A DNA stretch of 64,000 bases from Rebecca billardiae RCC1528 (Eukaryota; Protista; Haptophyta): NCBI GenBank assembly GCA_965240325.2, contig OZ251236.1, forward strand, positions 248,001 through 312,000, in the 5' to 3' direction. Made by a program: the position numbers and the translations under genes. Below, piece by piece: positions 52,391 to 62,725 of the stretch. Under the pieces are notes generated by a model. It was not told the origin of the DNA. It was given only the letters and a program-made list of their open reading frames with translations, and did not search any database. How positions within the stretch are numbered: the first letter of the stretch is position 1; every line of letters begins with the position of its first letter.

Positions 52391-54789
52391 CGCCGGCGGC
52401 GGCGCGGCGGCGGCGGTGGCGGTGCTCGCGGGCGGGGCGGCGTGCGCGCGGAGCGCCTTGCGTACGAACCCCTCGTCCGAGCCGCCCTGCAGCGACGCCT
52501 CCTCGCCGAGCAGGTGCACAAGCCCCATCGGCGCCCCTTCGAAAAGCCGCACCCGCGCCGCCGCCTCCGCGTCTGCGCCAACTTGGACCCACGCGATGCC
52601 TTCGCGCGAGTACTCGGCTTGCTGCGCCACCAGCACGTCGGTGACGAACTGCGACTGCAGCCGCTCGTTCGCGTAGTTGATCATCAGCTGCTCGAAGCCG
52701 TCGCGCCCGCCGCCGAAGGACTCGAAGCCGAAGAGGTCGAGCAGGCCGATGCAGCCGGCGGCGGCCGAGCGCGCGCCGCCGCCCTCGGCGGCGGCGGCGG
52801 CGCCGCCGCCGCCGCCGCCGCGCAAAATGCCCGCCGCGGCGTCGGCGGCGGCGTCGGCGGCGAGGCCGGCCGCCACGGGCTCGTCCAGCGGGGGCCCCTG
52901 GCTCGCCTCCAGCTCGCGGTTCGCGCGCGAGATCAGCCACTCAAAGAGCCGCGCGTAGAGGGCGCGCGCCAGCCCGTGCGCGCCTGCCGTCGCCTGCGCG
53001 GCCGTTAGCGTCAAGTCCACGCGCTCCGCGTCCGCGCCGACGCGGATGCGCCGGCGCACGAGGTGGCGGTGCAGCTCGGCCGCGCCGCCGCGCAGCCCGC
53101 CGTCGTCGCCCGGCGCGATCGGCAGCTCGAGCTCGTCGTCCTCGTCCTCCTCGTCCTCGCCCTCGTCGTCAGACTCGTTGCCCTCGCCGCTGTCGTCGTC
53201 GTCGTCGTCGTCGTCATCGAACTCGTCGTTGCCAGCGTCGTCGCCGGCATTGCCGTCGTTGGCGACGGCGGCGCCGGCGCTGTTGGCGGCGTCGGCGGCG
53301 CGATCGGCGATGGCGGCGTGGTGCTTGGCGCGGCGCGAGAGCTCGCGCCGCCGCGCGCGCCGCGAGCGCAGGCCGAGCGCGCGCGCCGCGCTCTCCAGAG
53401 CCAAGCGCGATTCGTCACTCGAGAGAGCTGCCACTGGTTCGGCGCCGGCGCCGGCCGGGTGCGCGGCGGTGGCGCCGTCAGCCTGGGCGCCCTCGCTGAA
53501 GCTGACCGTGCCGAGCAGCAGCACGGCCGCGACCGCGTCGAGCGCCGCGCGGATGCCCTCCGCCGAGATCCCCGCCACCGCCATCGCGCGCGCCGTCGCG
53601 CCCAGCCGCGCGCCGTCGTCCACGCCCGCAATGGCAGTCCTTCCGCTCTGCTGAAGCGCGCCGTACCGCGACGGGTCGGTTGGGAGGCCGAGCGAGGACG
53701 GGCGGCGGGGCTCGGCGGGCGCGGTGCCGCCGCCCGCGCCGCCGCCGCGCGGGCCGAACAGCCGGCGCAGCGCGTCGCGCACCGCCTGCTCCGCCTCCGC
53801 CTCCGCCGAGCTCGCGCCCGCGGCGCCGGCCTCCGCCTCGGCCGCCGCCGCGGCCGGCGGGTCCGAATCGGCGCCAGTGCCTCGCTCGGCACAAAACGCT
53901 TCGCCCGCCTTGAGCAGCTGGTAGAAGACGTGGAAGGAGCGCTCGTCGCGCGGCACGCTCACCACGCGCGAGCGCTCGAGCAGGTACACCTGCACCCGCG
54001 CGCCCACGAGCTCACACCGGCGGCCGCGCGCGCCGAGGCCGCGCGCGCCCGCCGGCGCCGCCGCTCCAAAGATCAGAGACACGTGTTTGCCAAATCGAGA
54101 GGAGTTGTCGTTGCTGCGGGCGGCGCGAGGGGCGGCGCAGCCGCGCGCGCGGTGTGAGCCGCGCGCCCGCAACCGCGCGCCCGCTCTCCCTTTCGCCCTC
54201 GCGCGCGCGCCGCCGCGCCGCGCACCGCGCCGCGCGCCGCGCGACGCCGCGCGCCGCGCGCGCGCGCGACGCACCGAAGCGTGCGCGCGTTTCCAAAAGC
54301 CTCGAGGAGCGGGTTGGTGGCGACGACGGCGCTGGCGACGGCGTGCGCGCTGGCGACGGCGTCCCCCGTGCCGCTCGCCGCCGCGAGGAAGCCCATCACC
54401 AGCTTGAGCGTCTCCGTCTTGCCCGCGCCGGACTCGCCCGAGATCAGAATGGACTGGTCCGGTGCGCGCCCCTCGTCGCTCGCGTCCACGTCGGCGCCGC
54501 CCGAGGCGCCGAGCACCTTGGCCGCGACGCTGCGGTACGCGCTGTTCGCGATCGCGTACACGTGCGGCGGCAGCTCGGCCGCGCCGCGCGCGCCGCCGCC
54601 ACCGCGGTACCGCGCTATCTGCGCGTCGCCGTACAGCGCCTGTGAGATCTGCCAGTCGTGCGGGTTCACGAAGAGCACGACGCCGGAGCACACGTCCGTG
54701 TAGAGCGAGCCCGCGGCGTAGCGCTCGCGCACGTGCGCGACGAGGGACTCCTCGTCCACGTGCTCGAGCGCGCTGATCGCGCTCGCCAT
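49436..54789 (-). CDS. Unconventional myosin heavy chain (motor, ~5 IQ-like motifs, coiled coil, low-complexity tail)
   Basis: LPPHVYAIA, QSILISGESGAGKTE, NPLLEAFGNART-LR|NDNSSRFGK joined by intron 54114-54274, YLLERSRV, ERSFHVFYQL, LLDLFGFE, FEQLMINYANERLQ and RCVRPN. Confidence 0.93.
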
Positions 54790-55212
54790 TGCTCGCGTGC
54801 AGCGTGGCTCGTGCACTCGAGCAGCCGGGTTGACGGGTGGCGCAGCGCGTTGAGCACTCGCCGGGCTCGAGGCAACTCGTCAACAAGCGCAGTCATTTTG
54901 TCAACCGGACCAGAGCTGCCGGCGAACCGGGAGCCAGCGCTGGAGCCCGGCCCACCTGGCACCTGTCCACCGGGGCCCCAGCCAGCCTGCCACTCTGCCA
55001 AGTGCCAGGGCCTTGGGCTTGGCTCGCGCACGGCGCAGCACCGCCAGACGCGGTCCGGCTCCGAGCCGTGCAGTGACGCACCTGCCGCCGCTGCAGATCA
55101 TCAATCATCAGTAGAAGCAGTCGTAGTAGTCGCGGAGTAGCCGATGGGGTGAGACTAGCGCCTTAGTCTCAGATGACGAATAATCGTCCAATAATGCCGC
55201 TGCTGCTCATTC

Positions 55213-56835
55213 TTATTCGGACGCCTCGTCTGACTTGAAGCGCGCCATGATGTTCTCATCGACCCACGGCGCGAGCGCGATGGCCGCGCCGAGGCGGAGC
55301 GGCACGGCGAGCCTCGCGGCGTTCGCGCCGGCGAAGATGAAGCCGAGCACCGCCGCGCGGTCCGCGTTCTCGCCAAAGTCGGGCCAGTGCCCCGCCGTGT
55401 TGTAGAAGACGGTCGCGGCCACCGGAAACGCTACCGCCCAGAACGCGAGCTCGGTGAGCACGTAAGCGACCGTGCCGCTCACGCCGTACTTCTTGACGTC
55501 GGCCATCGAGAGGCTCATCCCGCCCTGCTCGCCGGCCGCGCCGTCGGCGCCCCCGAGCAGCCCCGAGCGCTTCGCGTACTGCGCCGCGACCGCCACCGGC
55601 GGCAGCGCGAACACGAGCGCGGACGCCGGCACGCTCGGCGAGAAGGGCAGATCGAGCGCCAGCTCGCCGTACTTGACGAAATACGCGGCCGCGCCCGAGA
55701 GGAGGAGGACCTCGGCGGCGAGGATGGCCTCGGCGGTGAGCGAGGGCTGGGCGGCGGGGCGCAGCTCGAGCGCCGCGCCGCCCTCGGCCTCCGCCGCGCC
55801 CTCCGACCCGCCGCCGCCGAGCGGGTTCAGCGCGGAGAGTTTCCAGCCGTTTGAAAACGCCACGCGGCCGGCGGCGATCGCCAGCGCCGTGTTGCCCGCG
55901 AGCGTGAGGCCGGCCTGCAGCGTGACGAGGTACTTGAGCTCGGGCGCGTTGTAGAAGAAGTGGTACGTGCACGCCGCGACGCCCGACGCGTGCAGCGGCA
56001 GCATCGCCCAGACGAACCCCTTCCACTTCTCGTTCCCGGAAACTTCCGCCCACGTCCACATCGCCGACATAGCGACCAGCCACTCAATCACCGACGACGA
56101 GTGGATCGCCCAGGTGGGGATGGAGAGCGCGTTGGCGGGCTCGGCGTGGAGCGCGAGGGGCGAGGCGGCGAGCGCCGACTCGGGCAGCGCGCCCACGCCG
56201 AGCAGGAACGGGTCGTGCGCCTGCAGCCCCAGCACCGGAATCCCGGCCGCGCCGACCCCGACCAGGAGTGCAAAGAGAGCGAGCGCGCCGTTGCGCACGA
56301 GCGGGTTGGGCTTGACGTCGCCGACGTTGGCGGCGCGCAGGCCGGCGACGAGGATGAGGTTGGTGACGGTGAGCAGCAGCTCCGCGCCGCCGTGCAGCCA
56401 GTCCGCGTCCGCCAGCGACACGCCGTACACGCTCTTCGAGACGATGCCGGTCGGAATCGTCGCGAGAACAAACAGCAGGAGGAACTGGAAGCCGAACTTG
56501 ACGAGCGGCGGCGTGCCGTTCTTGTCGTAGTTGAGGAAGGCGAGGAAGGCGAGGTACGGCAGCAGCGACGCCTGGAAGAAGATACCCGCCAGGTTCTGGC
56601 CCTGGTCTGCGAACGCGAGCGCCTCGGACGACGCCGATGCCGACGACGCGCCCGCGAGCTCGAGCGCGTGCGGCGCGGCGGCGAGCAGATCGGCGGCGGC
56701 GACCGCGGCGGACGCGAGTGGCCGGGCGCGCCCGAGCGCGACGCGCGCCACGGGCCTCGGCGCGGCGGCGGGCACGAGGGCCGGCCGGCCGGCGAGCGCC
56801 GCGGCCGAGCACAGCGCGGCGATGACGTGCTGCAT
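55213..56835 (-). CDS. Plastid-type membrane protein: DUF3593-like + Ycf49/DUF2499-like + C-terminal FAM210/DUF1279-like region
   Basis: SLLPYLAFL...GFQFLLLFV...LADADWLHGGAE; NALSIPTWAIHSSSVIEW...ACTYHFFYN; KKYG...AY...VPLRLGAAIALAP. Signal/transit-like N-terminus from ATG 56835. Confidence 0.8.
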   Translation of the reverse strand: MQHVIAALCSAAALAGRPALVPAAAPRPVARVALGRARPLASAAVAAADLLAAAPHALELAGASSASASSEALAFADQGQNLAGIFFQASLLPYLAFLAFLNYDKNGTPPLVKFGFQFLLLFVLATIPTGIVSKSVYGVSLADADWLHGGAELLLTVTNLILVAGLRAANVGDVKPNPLVRNGALALFALLVGVGAAGIPVLGLQAHDPFLLGVGALPESALAASPLALHAEPANALSIPTWAIHSSSVIEWLVAMSAMWTWAEVSGNEKWKGFVWAMLPLHASGVAACTYHFFYNAPELKYLVTLQAGLTLAGNTALAIAAGRVAFSNGWKLSALNPLGGGGSEGAAEAEGGAALELRPAAQPSLTAEAILAAEVLLLSGAAAYFVKYGELALDLPFSPSVPASALVFALPPVAVAAQYAKRSGLLGGADGAAGEQGGMSLSMADVKKYGVSGTVAYVLTELAFWAVAFPVAATVFYNTAGHWPDFGENADRAAVLGFIFAGANAARLAVPLRLGAAIALAPWVDENIMARFKSDEASE

Positions 56836-57172
56836 CAGTCCACCACGCGTCTCGGTCTGGGATTGATTACCGCGCGCATTCCATTTCCGCGCTGTCAAAA
56901 TAGCGCACGCGCCGGCAGTCCGGTGCGGCAATTCGCGTCCGGGCCGGCCGCGCTCAAACGCCGGGCGGCGGCTCAGGAGCGGTTTGGCGCTTTGCTCGCC
57001 TGGGCGATCCCCGCTCGCGCCAATGTCGACGGTGCGCGGCGCGTGGCTCCCGCGCCGCCGTCGGCCCGCGCGCACGCCCGTATGCCAACCCCGCACGTGC
57101 ACGCCGCGCTCGGCGCCCGTCCGCTCACGCACGCGCGCGCGCGCGCGCGCCGCTCGCCGCGCGCAGCCGGGG

Positions 57173-60100
57173 ATGGCTTCGCGCAACTCGCGGCAGGCCA
57201 CAGACTGGGCGGCGAAGCGGCGCGACCAGCTCGATCGCGCGAGTCGCGTGCGGCAGGACCGTGCGAACGGCGTCACCTCGTCCGACGCCGAGCCCGCGGG
57301 CGCCGGCGCGCACGCGCCTTGGCCGGGCGCGCGCGCGCAGTCGCAGCCGGCCGCTGACGGCCGCACGCGCACAGAGGCCGCGCACGCGTACGGCGGCGGC
57401 GCGGAGCTGGGCGTGGGGCACGGGGTCCCGTCGCACCTGCCGCGCCCAGCCTCCGAGCAGAGAGGCGGCGGCGCGCCGTACGGCACGATGCACGGCGCCG
57501 CCGCCGCCGCTGGCGGTTATGCCGCGCCGCCTGCCGACCGCGCCGTGCCAGAGTGGGCGGCCGGTCTCGGCGTGCAGAGCGGGGCGGCGTCAGGCATGTC
57601 GTCGAGCTTCGTGCACACCGCGTACCAGCACGCACCGGCCCACCAGCCGCACGCGCAGCCGCAGTACCAGACGATGCACGCGAGCGCGGACGGACGACCA
57701 GTGTGGCTGCAGCCGAGCACGCAGCAGCCGCCAGGCGGCGGCGGCGGCGGCGGGCGGGGCGGCGGGGCGGCGCAGGGCGGGTACGGCGCGGGCGCGTACG
57801 CGCCATACGCGCAGCCGGCCGGTGGCGCGAGCGCGTACGAGGCGTACCTGCTCGAGCACCCGCGCCACGGCCCGGGCGGCGTGCCGCAGATGTCGAGTGC
57901 GATGGCTGCGGCGCTGCAGCCGCCGCAGCCGTTGGCGGCTGTGCACGCGCTCGGCGCGGCGCAGGCGGGGGCGCACTACTCGTCGCACTGCTGCGCGGCC
58001 GCGCTGCCGCCCACCGCCTCCGAGCTCAGCGCCAGCAGCACCGCCCTCGGCGCCTCGCCCGCAAGCCGAGCCTACGGCCGAGTCCTGACGACGCCGGCGG
58101 CGCTCGACGCGCCGCTGTCATCCTACGCCGCACACGGGCCGTACGGCGCGCCGCCGCGGTACCACGATGGCGGCCTCGGCGCGTACGCGCAGCAGCACCC
58201 GCCGCCGGCGCAGCCGTACCAGCAGCAGCAGCACCCGCAGCCGCCGCACTGGCTGAGCCACGCCGACGAGCTGCCGCCGTCGGTGCGCGCGTCCGCCGCG
58301 AGCACCGTCAGCGCGCGCTCGACGTCGGCGGAGGGCGGCGCGGGCGCGGACGGCGTGTTCGGCGGCGCAGCGGCGCCCTTCAAGGCGCGCCGCGCGCGCG
58401 CGTCCGGCCGGCGCACCGGCTCGGCGCAGCAGCGGCCCGAGTGGAACTCCGACTTTGCTTCCGCGAGCGCGCTCTCCCAAGGCGGCCTCGGGTCCGGACC
58501 GGCTGGCCAAAGTCCGGACGATCCGATGGTGCCGGCGGCGGAGGAGGCGGCGGCGCCGGCGCGCGCGGCGGGGCGGCGCGCCGCCCCGCCCGCCGGCGGC
58601 ACCCGCCCGCCTCGCCCCGAGTGGAACAGCGACTTCTCCACCGCGGGGCCGCAGGAGTGGGACGGTGCGGACGGCGCGGGCGGCGCGGACGGTGGGCAGC
58701 GGCAGCAGCGCCGCTCCGGCCGGCGCGCGCCGGGGTCGGGCGAGGCGGAGGGGGGCGCTGTGGAGGCGGAGCAGGGACACCCGGCCGCAGCGCCGCAGCC
58801 GTCGCAGACCGGCGCGCTGCGCGCTCTCAAGGAGAGGCAGCTGCACTCGCGCTCACACGGCGGCGGCGGCACGGCGGGGCGCGCGCCGCCGCCGGCGCAG
58901 CAGCGGCACGCGCGCGACTCGGGCTCGTCGAGTGCTCCGGACGATGGCGCAGGCGGCTCGCCGCCGCCACCTCCGATGTATGCGGATCGCGGCGCGGCCG
59001 AGGAGATGGTGGCGTGCCAGGTGTGTGCGCGCACGTTCGGCGCGGCGCGCATCGGCGCGCACGAGCGCATCTGCTCGCGCGTGAAGGACAAGCGGCGGCC
59101 GGAGTTCGTCGCGCAGTACAAGCGCGCCGCGTCGACGTCAGAGCTTCCCGCGGCGCACGCCGACGCGGCCGCGCCGCCGCGCGCCGACGGGCGCCGAGCC
59201 AGTTTCAGTCACGGCGAGCGAGCCGGCGGCGGCGTCGGCGCGCGCTCTGCGCATTCGGGCGGCGGCGCGGCGGGTGGCGCCGGCGCGGGCAAGCACCCCG
59301 GCGGGCCCGGCCCTCGGGACCAGGAGAACGCCAGGCGGAACGACGGCGCCGCCGGCGGCGCCGCGCGCGGCGCGGCGGCGCGCACGCCCGATGGCGCCGC
59401 GGGCCGCGCGCACAAGCCCGCGTCGCGCGAGGGCGCGGGCGCGCGCGGCGTCAACGCTCGCGAGCACGGCTCAGCGCCGCAGGCGCCGCCCTCGGCCGCC
59501 CTCGGCGGCCGGGTGTTCGAGCCGAGCGTGGTGCCGACGGAGGACGCGCCGGTCGTGGGCGGGCGTGGCGCGTACAAGCTTGACGACCTGCCGCCGGAGG
59601 CGTTCGCGCCGGGCGGTGGCGCGCCGCCCGCGCCGCGCGCCGGCGGCGCGCGGGGCGCCGCCGCCCGCGCGGGCGGCGTGGGCGCCGGGCCACCGCCCGG
59701 CGGCGCCGACTACGACGTGATGGCGGACGAGCCGCGCGTGCCCTGCCCGCTGTGCGCGCGGCACTTCGCCGCGTCTCGGCTCGCGCGCCACCAGGAGGCG
59801 TGCGCCAAGGCCGCGAGCAAGAAGGTGGGTGCCCGCACCGAAGCGCCAAGCGCTGCACACCGGCACTTGGCCAATTGGCGTGCCCGCACCGAAGCGCCAA
59901 GCGCTGCACACCGGCACTTGGCCGATTGGCCGCGGCGCGGCTCTCGCGCCGCGCCGCGCCGCTCGGACGACGAGTCTGGCGGGTTCGGCTGCCGCGCCCA
60001 CCCCCTGCGCCGCGTCCGACGCCGCTCACCGTGGCCGCGCGCCCCGCACCCCCTGCCGGCCGCGCTCGCCCCCGCGCGCACCAGCGCCCCAAGTTCGACC

Positions 60101-60640
60101 CGTCCAAGCAGCGGCTTCCGGTGGAGGCGCAGAGGCTGCACAAGGACACGGAGCGCGCGGCGCGGCGCGGCGGCGGCGCGGCGGGGGCGCGCGCGGGCGG
60201 CGGCGCGGCGGCGCGCGAGCAGCAGGCGCTGCGGCGCAAGCCCAAGTGGAAGATTGAACACGAGCAGTTCCAGGCCGCCCTGCGCGCCAACCGCCAGATC
60301 GTGCAGGCCGAGAAGGCCGGAGTGCCCTTGTCATCATTGCCGCAGGCGCCGAGTGCGCGCGCGCCCTTCGGAGCGCGCCGCCGAGCCGCGCTGCGCGCGC
60401 GCCGCCCGCCGCCACGATCGGCCAGGGCGACGCTCACGCGCTCCCCGCGCGTGGACCCGCGCGCGCGCAGCCAACGACGAGCTGGACACACGCGTGCAAT
60501 GCCCCAACTGCGGCCGCAAATTCAACGAGATGGCCGCCTCGCGGCACATGCCGCTGTGCGCAGGCATCCGCGCCAAGCCCAAGATGCTGACTCGAGGCTC
60601 GGGGGGAATGTCGTCGTCTGTGCGCAAGCCTGTGCGGTAG
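57173..60640 (+). CDS. C2HC zinc-finger protein (ZC2HC1-like, three CxxCxRxF...HxxxC fingers)
   Basis: CQVCARTF...HERIC, CPLCARHF...HQEAC and CPNCGRKF...HMPLC fingers, plus RPKFDPSKQR and KWKIEHEQFQAALR segments. Introns at 59825-60084 and 60353-60470. Confidence 0.85.
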   Translation: MASRNSRQATDWAAKRRDQLDRASRVRQDRANGVTSSDAEPAGAGAHAPWPGARAQSQPAADGRTRTEAAHAYGGGAELGVGHGVPSHLPRPASEQRGGGAPYGTMHGAAAAAGGYAAPPADRAVPEWAAGLGVQSGAASGMSSSFVHTAYQHAPAHQPHAQPQYQTMHASADGRPVWLQPSTQQPPGGGGGGGRGGGAAQGGYGAGAYAPYAQPAGGASAYEAYLLEHPRHGPGGVPQMSSAMAAALQPPQPLAAVHALGAAQAGAHYSSHCCAAALPPTASELSASSTALGASPASRAYGRVLTTPAALDAPLSSYAAHGPYGAPPRYHDGGLGAYAQQHPPPAQPYQQQQHPQPPHWLSHADELPPSVRASAASTVSARSTSAEGGAGADGVFGGAAAPFKARRARASGRRTGSAQQRPEWNSDFASASALSQGGLGSGPAGQSPDDPMVPAAEEAAAPARAAGRRAAPPAGGTRPPRPEWNSDFSTAGPQEWDGADGAGGADGGQRQQRRSGRRAPGSGEAEGGAVEAEQGHPAAAPQPSQTGALRALKERQLHSRSHGGGGTAGRAPPPAQQRHARDSGSSSAPDDGAGGSPPPPPMYADRGAAEEMVACQVCARTFGAARIGAHERICSRVKDKRRPEFVAQYKRAASTSELPAAHADAAAPPRADGRRASFSHGERAGGGVGARSAHSGGGAAGGAGAGKHPGGPGPRDQENARRNDGAAGGAARGAAARTPDGAAGRAHKPASREGAGARGVNAREHGSAPQAPPSAALGGRVFEPSVVPTEDAPVVGGRGAYKLDDLPPEAFAPGGGAPPAPRAGGARGAAARAGGVGAGPPPGGADYDVMADEPRVPCPLCARHFAASRLARHQEACAKAASKKVGARTEAPSAAHRHLANWRARTEAPSAAHRHLADWPRRGSRAAPRRSDDESGGFGCRAHPLRRVRRRSPWPRAPHPLPAALAPARTSAPSSTRPSSGFRWRRRGCTRTRSARRGAAAARRGRARAAARRRASSRRCGASPSGRLNTSSSRPPCAPTARSCRPRRPECPCHHCRRRRVRARPSERAAEPRCARAARRHDRPGRRSRAPRAWTRARAANDELDTRVQCPNCGRKFNEMAASRHMPLCAGIRAKPKMLTRGSGGMSSSVRKPVR
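59829..59930. repeat. 51-bp tandem duplication inside an intron (1 mismatch)
   Basis: Copies at 59829-59879 and 59880-59930. Confidence 0.9.
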
Positions 60641-60962
60641 CGTGAGTCGTCGAGTAGCCGTCGACTGCTGCGCGCGTCGTGGTCATCATTCTAGATTATA
60701 TTGACTATTTGACGCCGCCGCGATGAGCAGCAGTGCTGAATCGCGTAGTGACTAGTGACAATATGGCGGGCCGTACCGGTAGGTCCGCCCCTTGTAGTGC
60801 CCGGGAAAAAGATGTAAGAAAAAGAAAAAGAAATAAAATAAAATCGCCGCCTCGCCAAGAATAAAAGAAAATCGCTTCGCTCACTACAGTACCCAGACCG
60901 GGCGCCCTCGCTGCCTCGCAGCTCCCACTGCCAGGGACGCTCGGCCGAAAAGTGGTTCGCCC

Positions 60963-61899
60963 ATGGCGCGGAGCGCGTGGGCGCCGCGCGCCAGATCCAA
61001 CGCCGGCGCGGACATCGTGAGAGGACTCCCGAGGGGGGGTTCGCCCGATTCGCGATTGCTGCCCTCGTCGTCTCGCGTGCAGGTCGAACGAGGGCCAAAG
61101 TCGACGCGTTTGGAGGTACGCTCGGCGCGTCGACACGATCGTGCGACCTGGTGCGGTCCTCGCCTGACTTGCACGTCGAGCGCTCGCACGGGCCATATCA
61201 TCAAGCGCTGCGCTACGACAACCGCCTCGCGCGATCCACCGCCGCGCGTCGAGCTCGTTGCGGAAAGGCCCTCATCACGAGGTGTCTCGCGGGCGGGAGC
61301 GCCATCGCACGCGACGCAAGATTTGGCGCGGCCTTCTGAACACGATCGCCGGAATCCGCGCACCGGACTCAGTCCTCGCTCGCGGTCCGGTCCCTCAGCC
61401 GACAAGCCCACGTCCGGCCTGCATGGCGTCGACGGTGACCAATGCGACGGAAGCGCAACGCCAACGGCGTACGACGCGCAGCGGACGCACCTCCCGGGTC
61501 TGTCGCCGTGGCAGCAACCGCGTATTCGCGAGTTGGCGACCCTCGCCGCAGCGCGACACAGACAAGCCCGTGATGCCATCCGCACAGAGATGAAACGTCG
61601 AGCATGCAACATCGCCGCGCCATCCTCGTCCATGGCGCAGGCGCTGCGGGACGAGGCGGAAGTCGTCACGCCGGTGACGGATGCGCTGCGATTCGTGTGC
61701 CCGCGTGAGCAGCGCTTGCCCACTCTCGATCGCGAGTGGCACACGCTGTCGCTGTGCGCGCGCGCGCGCACAACCAACAGCTCCCCGTGCCGCCGAGCAC
61801 GCGAGCGCCAGACCTGTCGAAGAGGCGAAGAGCGACGACCGCGTGAACGTCAACGCGCTCGTGATTCCCTCGTGGGTGTGGGCCTCGCTGATGGGGTGA
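60963..61899 (+). CDS. Hypothetical protein, probably spliced; structure uncertain
   Basis: Protein-like 3' part of ORF 60963-62159. A GTGCGC donor near 61755 and a CAG acceptor at ~61810 lead to a short last exon ending TGA at 61899. Confidence 0.3.
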
Positions 61900-62725
61900 T
61901 GCGCATACTACTAAGAGTACAGACCGTGAGACGTGTGTACACGTCGGAGAGCCAACTTCACGTGTCACTCGGCGGTCCTTGCACTCGACTGTCCGTCACC
62001 CACGGCCACGAGCGAATGTGGAAAGCAGACGCGAACCCGCAAAGGATACATTGCGACAGCACTGGCACGGCCCGCCGACCCCCCCGCCCGCCAGGGCACA
62101 GTTTACTATTCTCTCGGGCCGCACGTCGGCCACCAGGCAGTAGGCACCACGCGCCCTAGCTTGACCACGCGGCCCCTTGGGCAATGGGCGGCCTGCGGGC
62201 GCGGACGCGGGCGGAACGAAACCTCAACGCGACAACTGGTGCTGCCGTGATACCGGCATGCAATATGCATGACGCGGGTTGCGTCTGCCGGGCCTTATGG
62301 CAATAATTTAAGTTACCTGATGAGCGCGGCGCGTGTCGCCTATGCAATATCACGACAGCAAGTTGAGCGCGGCGCGTGCGTCGTCGCGTGCGCCGGTACC
62401 TTATATTGCGTGCCCTTGGGAAGGGCCGCCTTGTCCCCATGTCCGAACTATGCAAGGGCCGTACCACTAATTAGTCATCAGTTTTTTGGGGTGTGAGTAG
62501 GCCGGGGTGAGGGGGGTCTACCAATCAGCCCTTGGTACTGACCCCTGCATGGCCACAAGGCGCCACAACCCTTGGTACTACGTTACCCCTGGCCATAGCT
62601 AAAGTAGTGCTGATGAAGTTTGGCTCGCGGGTGCGGCCCTTGGCTCGGGTTCACGCGAGAGTGTGGGCAGCCGCAAGCACCCCGCCCCCCGCCCCTGCCA
62701 GCTTACGGTTCCCAGCAGCGCCGTC

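Noticed and set aside
54114-54274. Apparent frameshift or pseudogene in the myosin motor
   Set aside because: It is explained by a GT-AG intron that rebuilds RNDNSSRFGK.
62250-62600. Short partial repeats (TGCAATAT, CCCTTGGTACT x2) upstream of the RTX-like gene
   Set aside because: They are too short and irregular to define TIRs or a target-site duplication.
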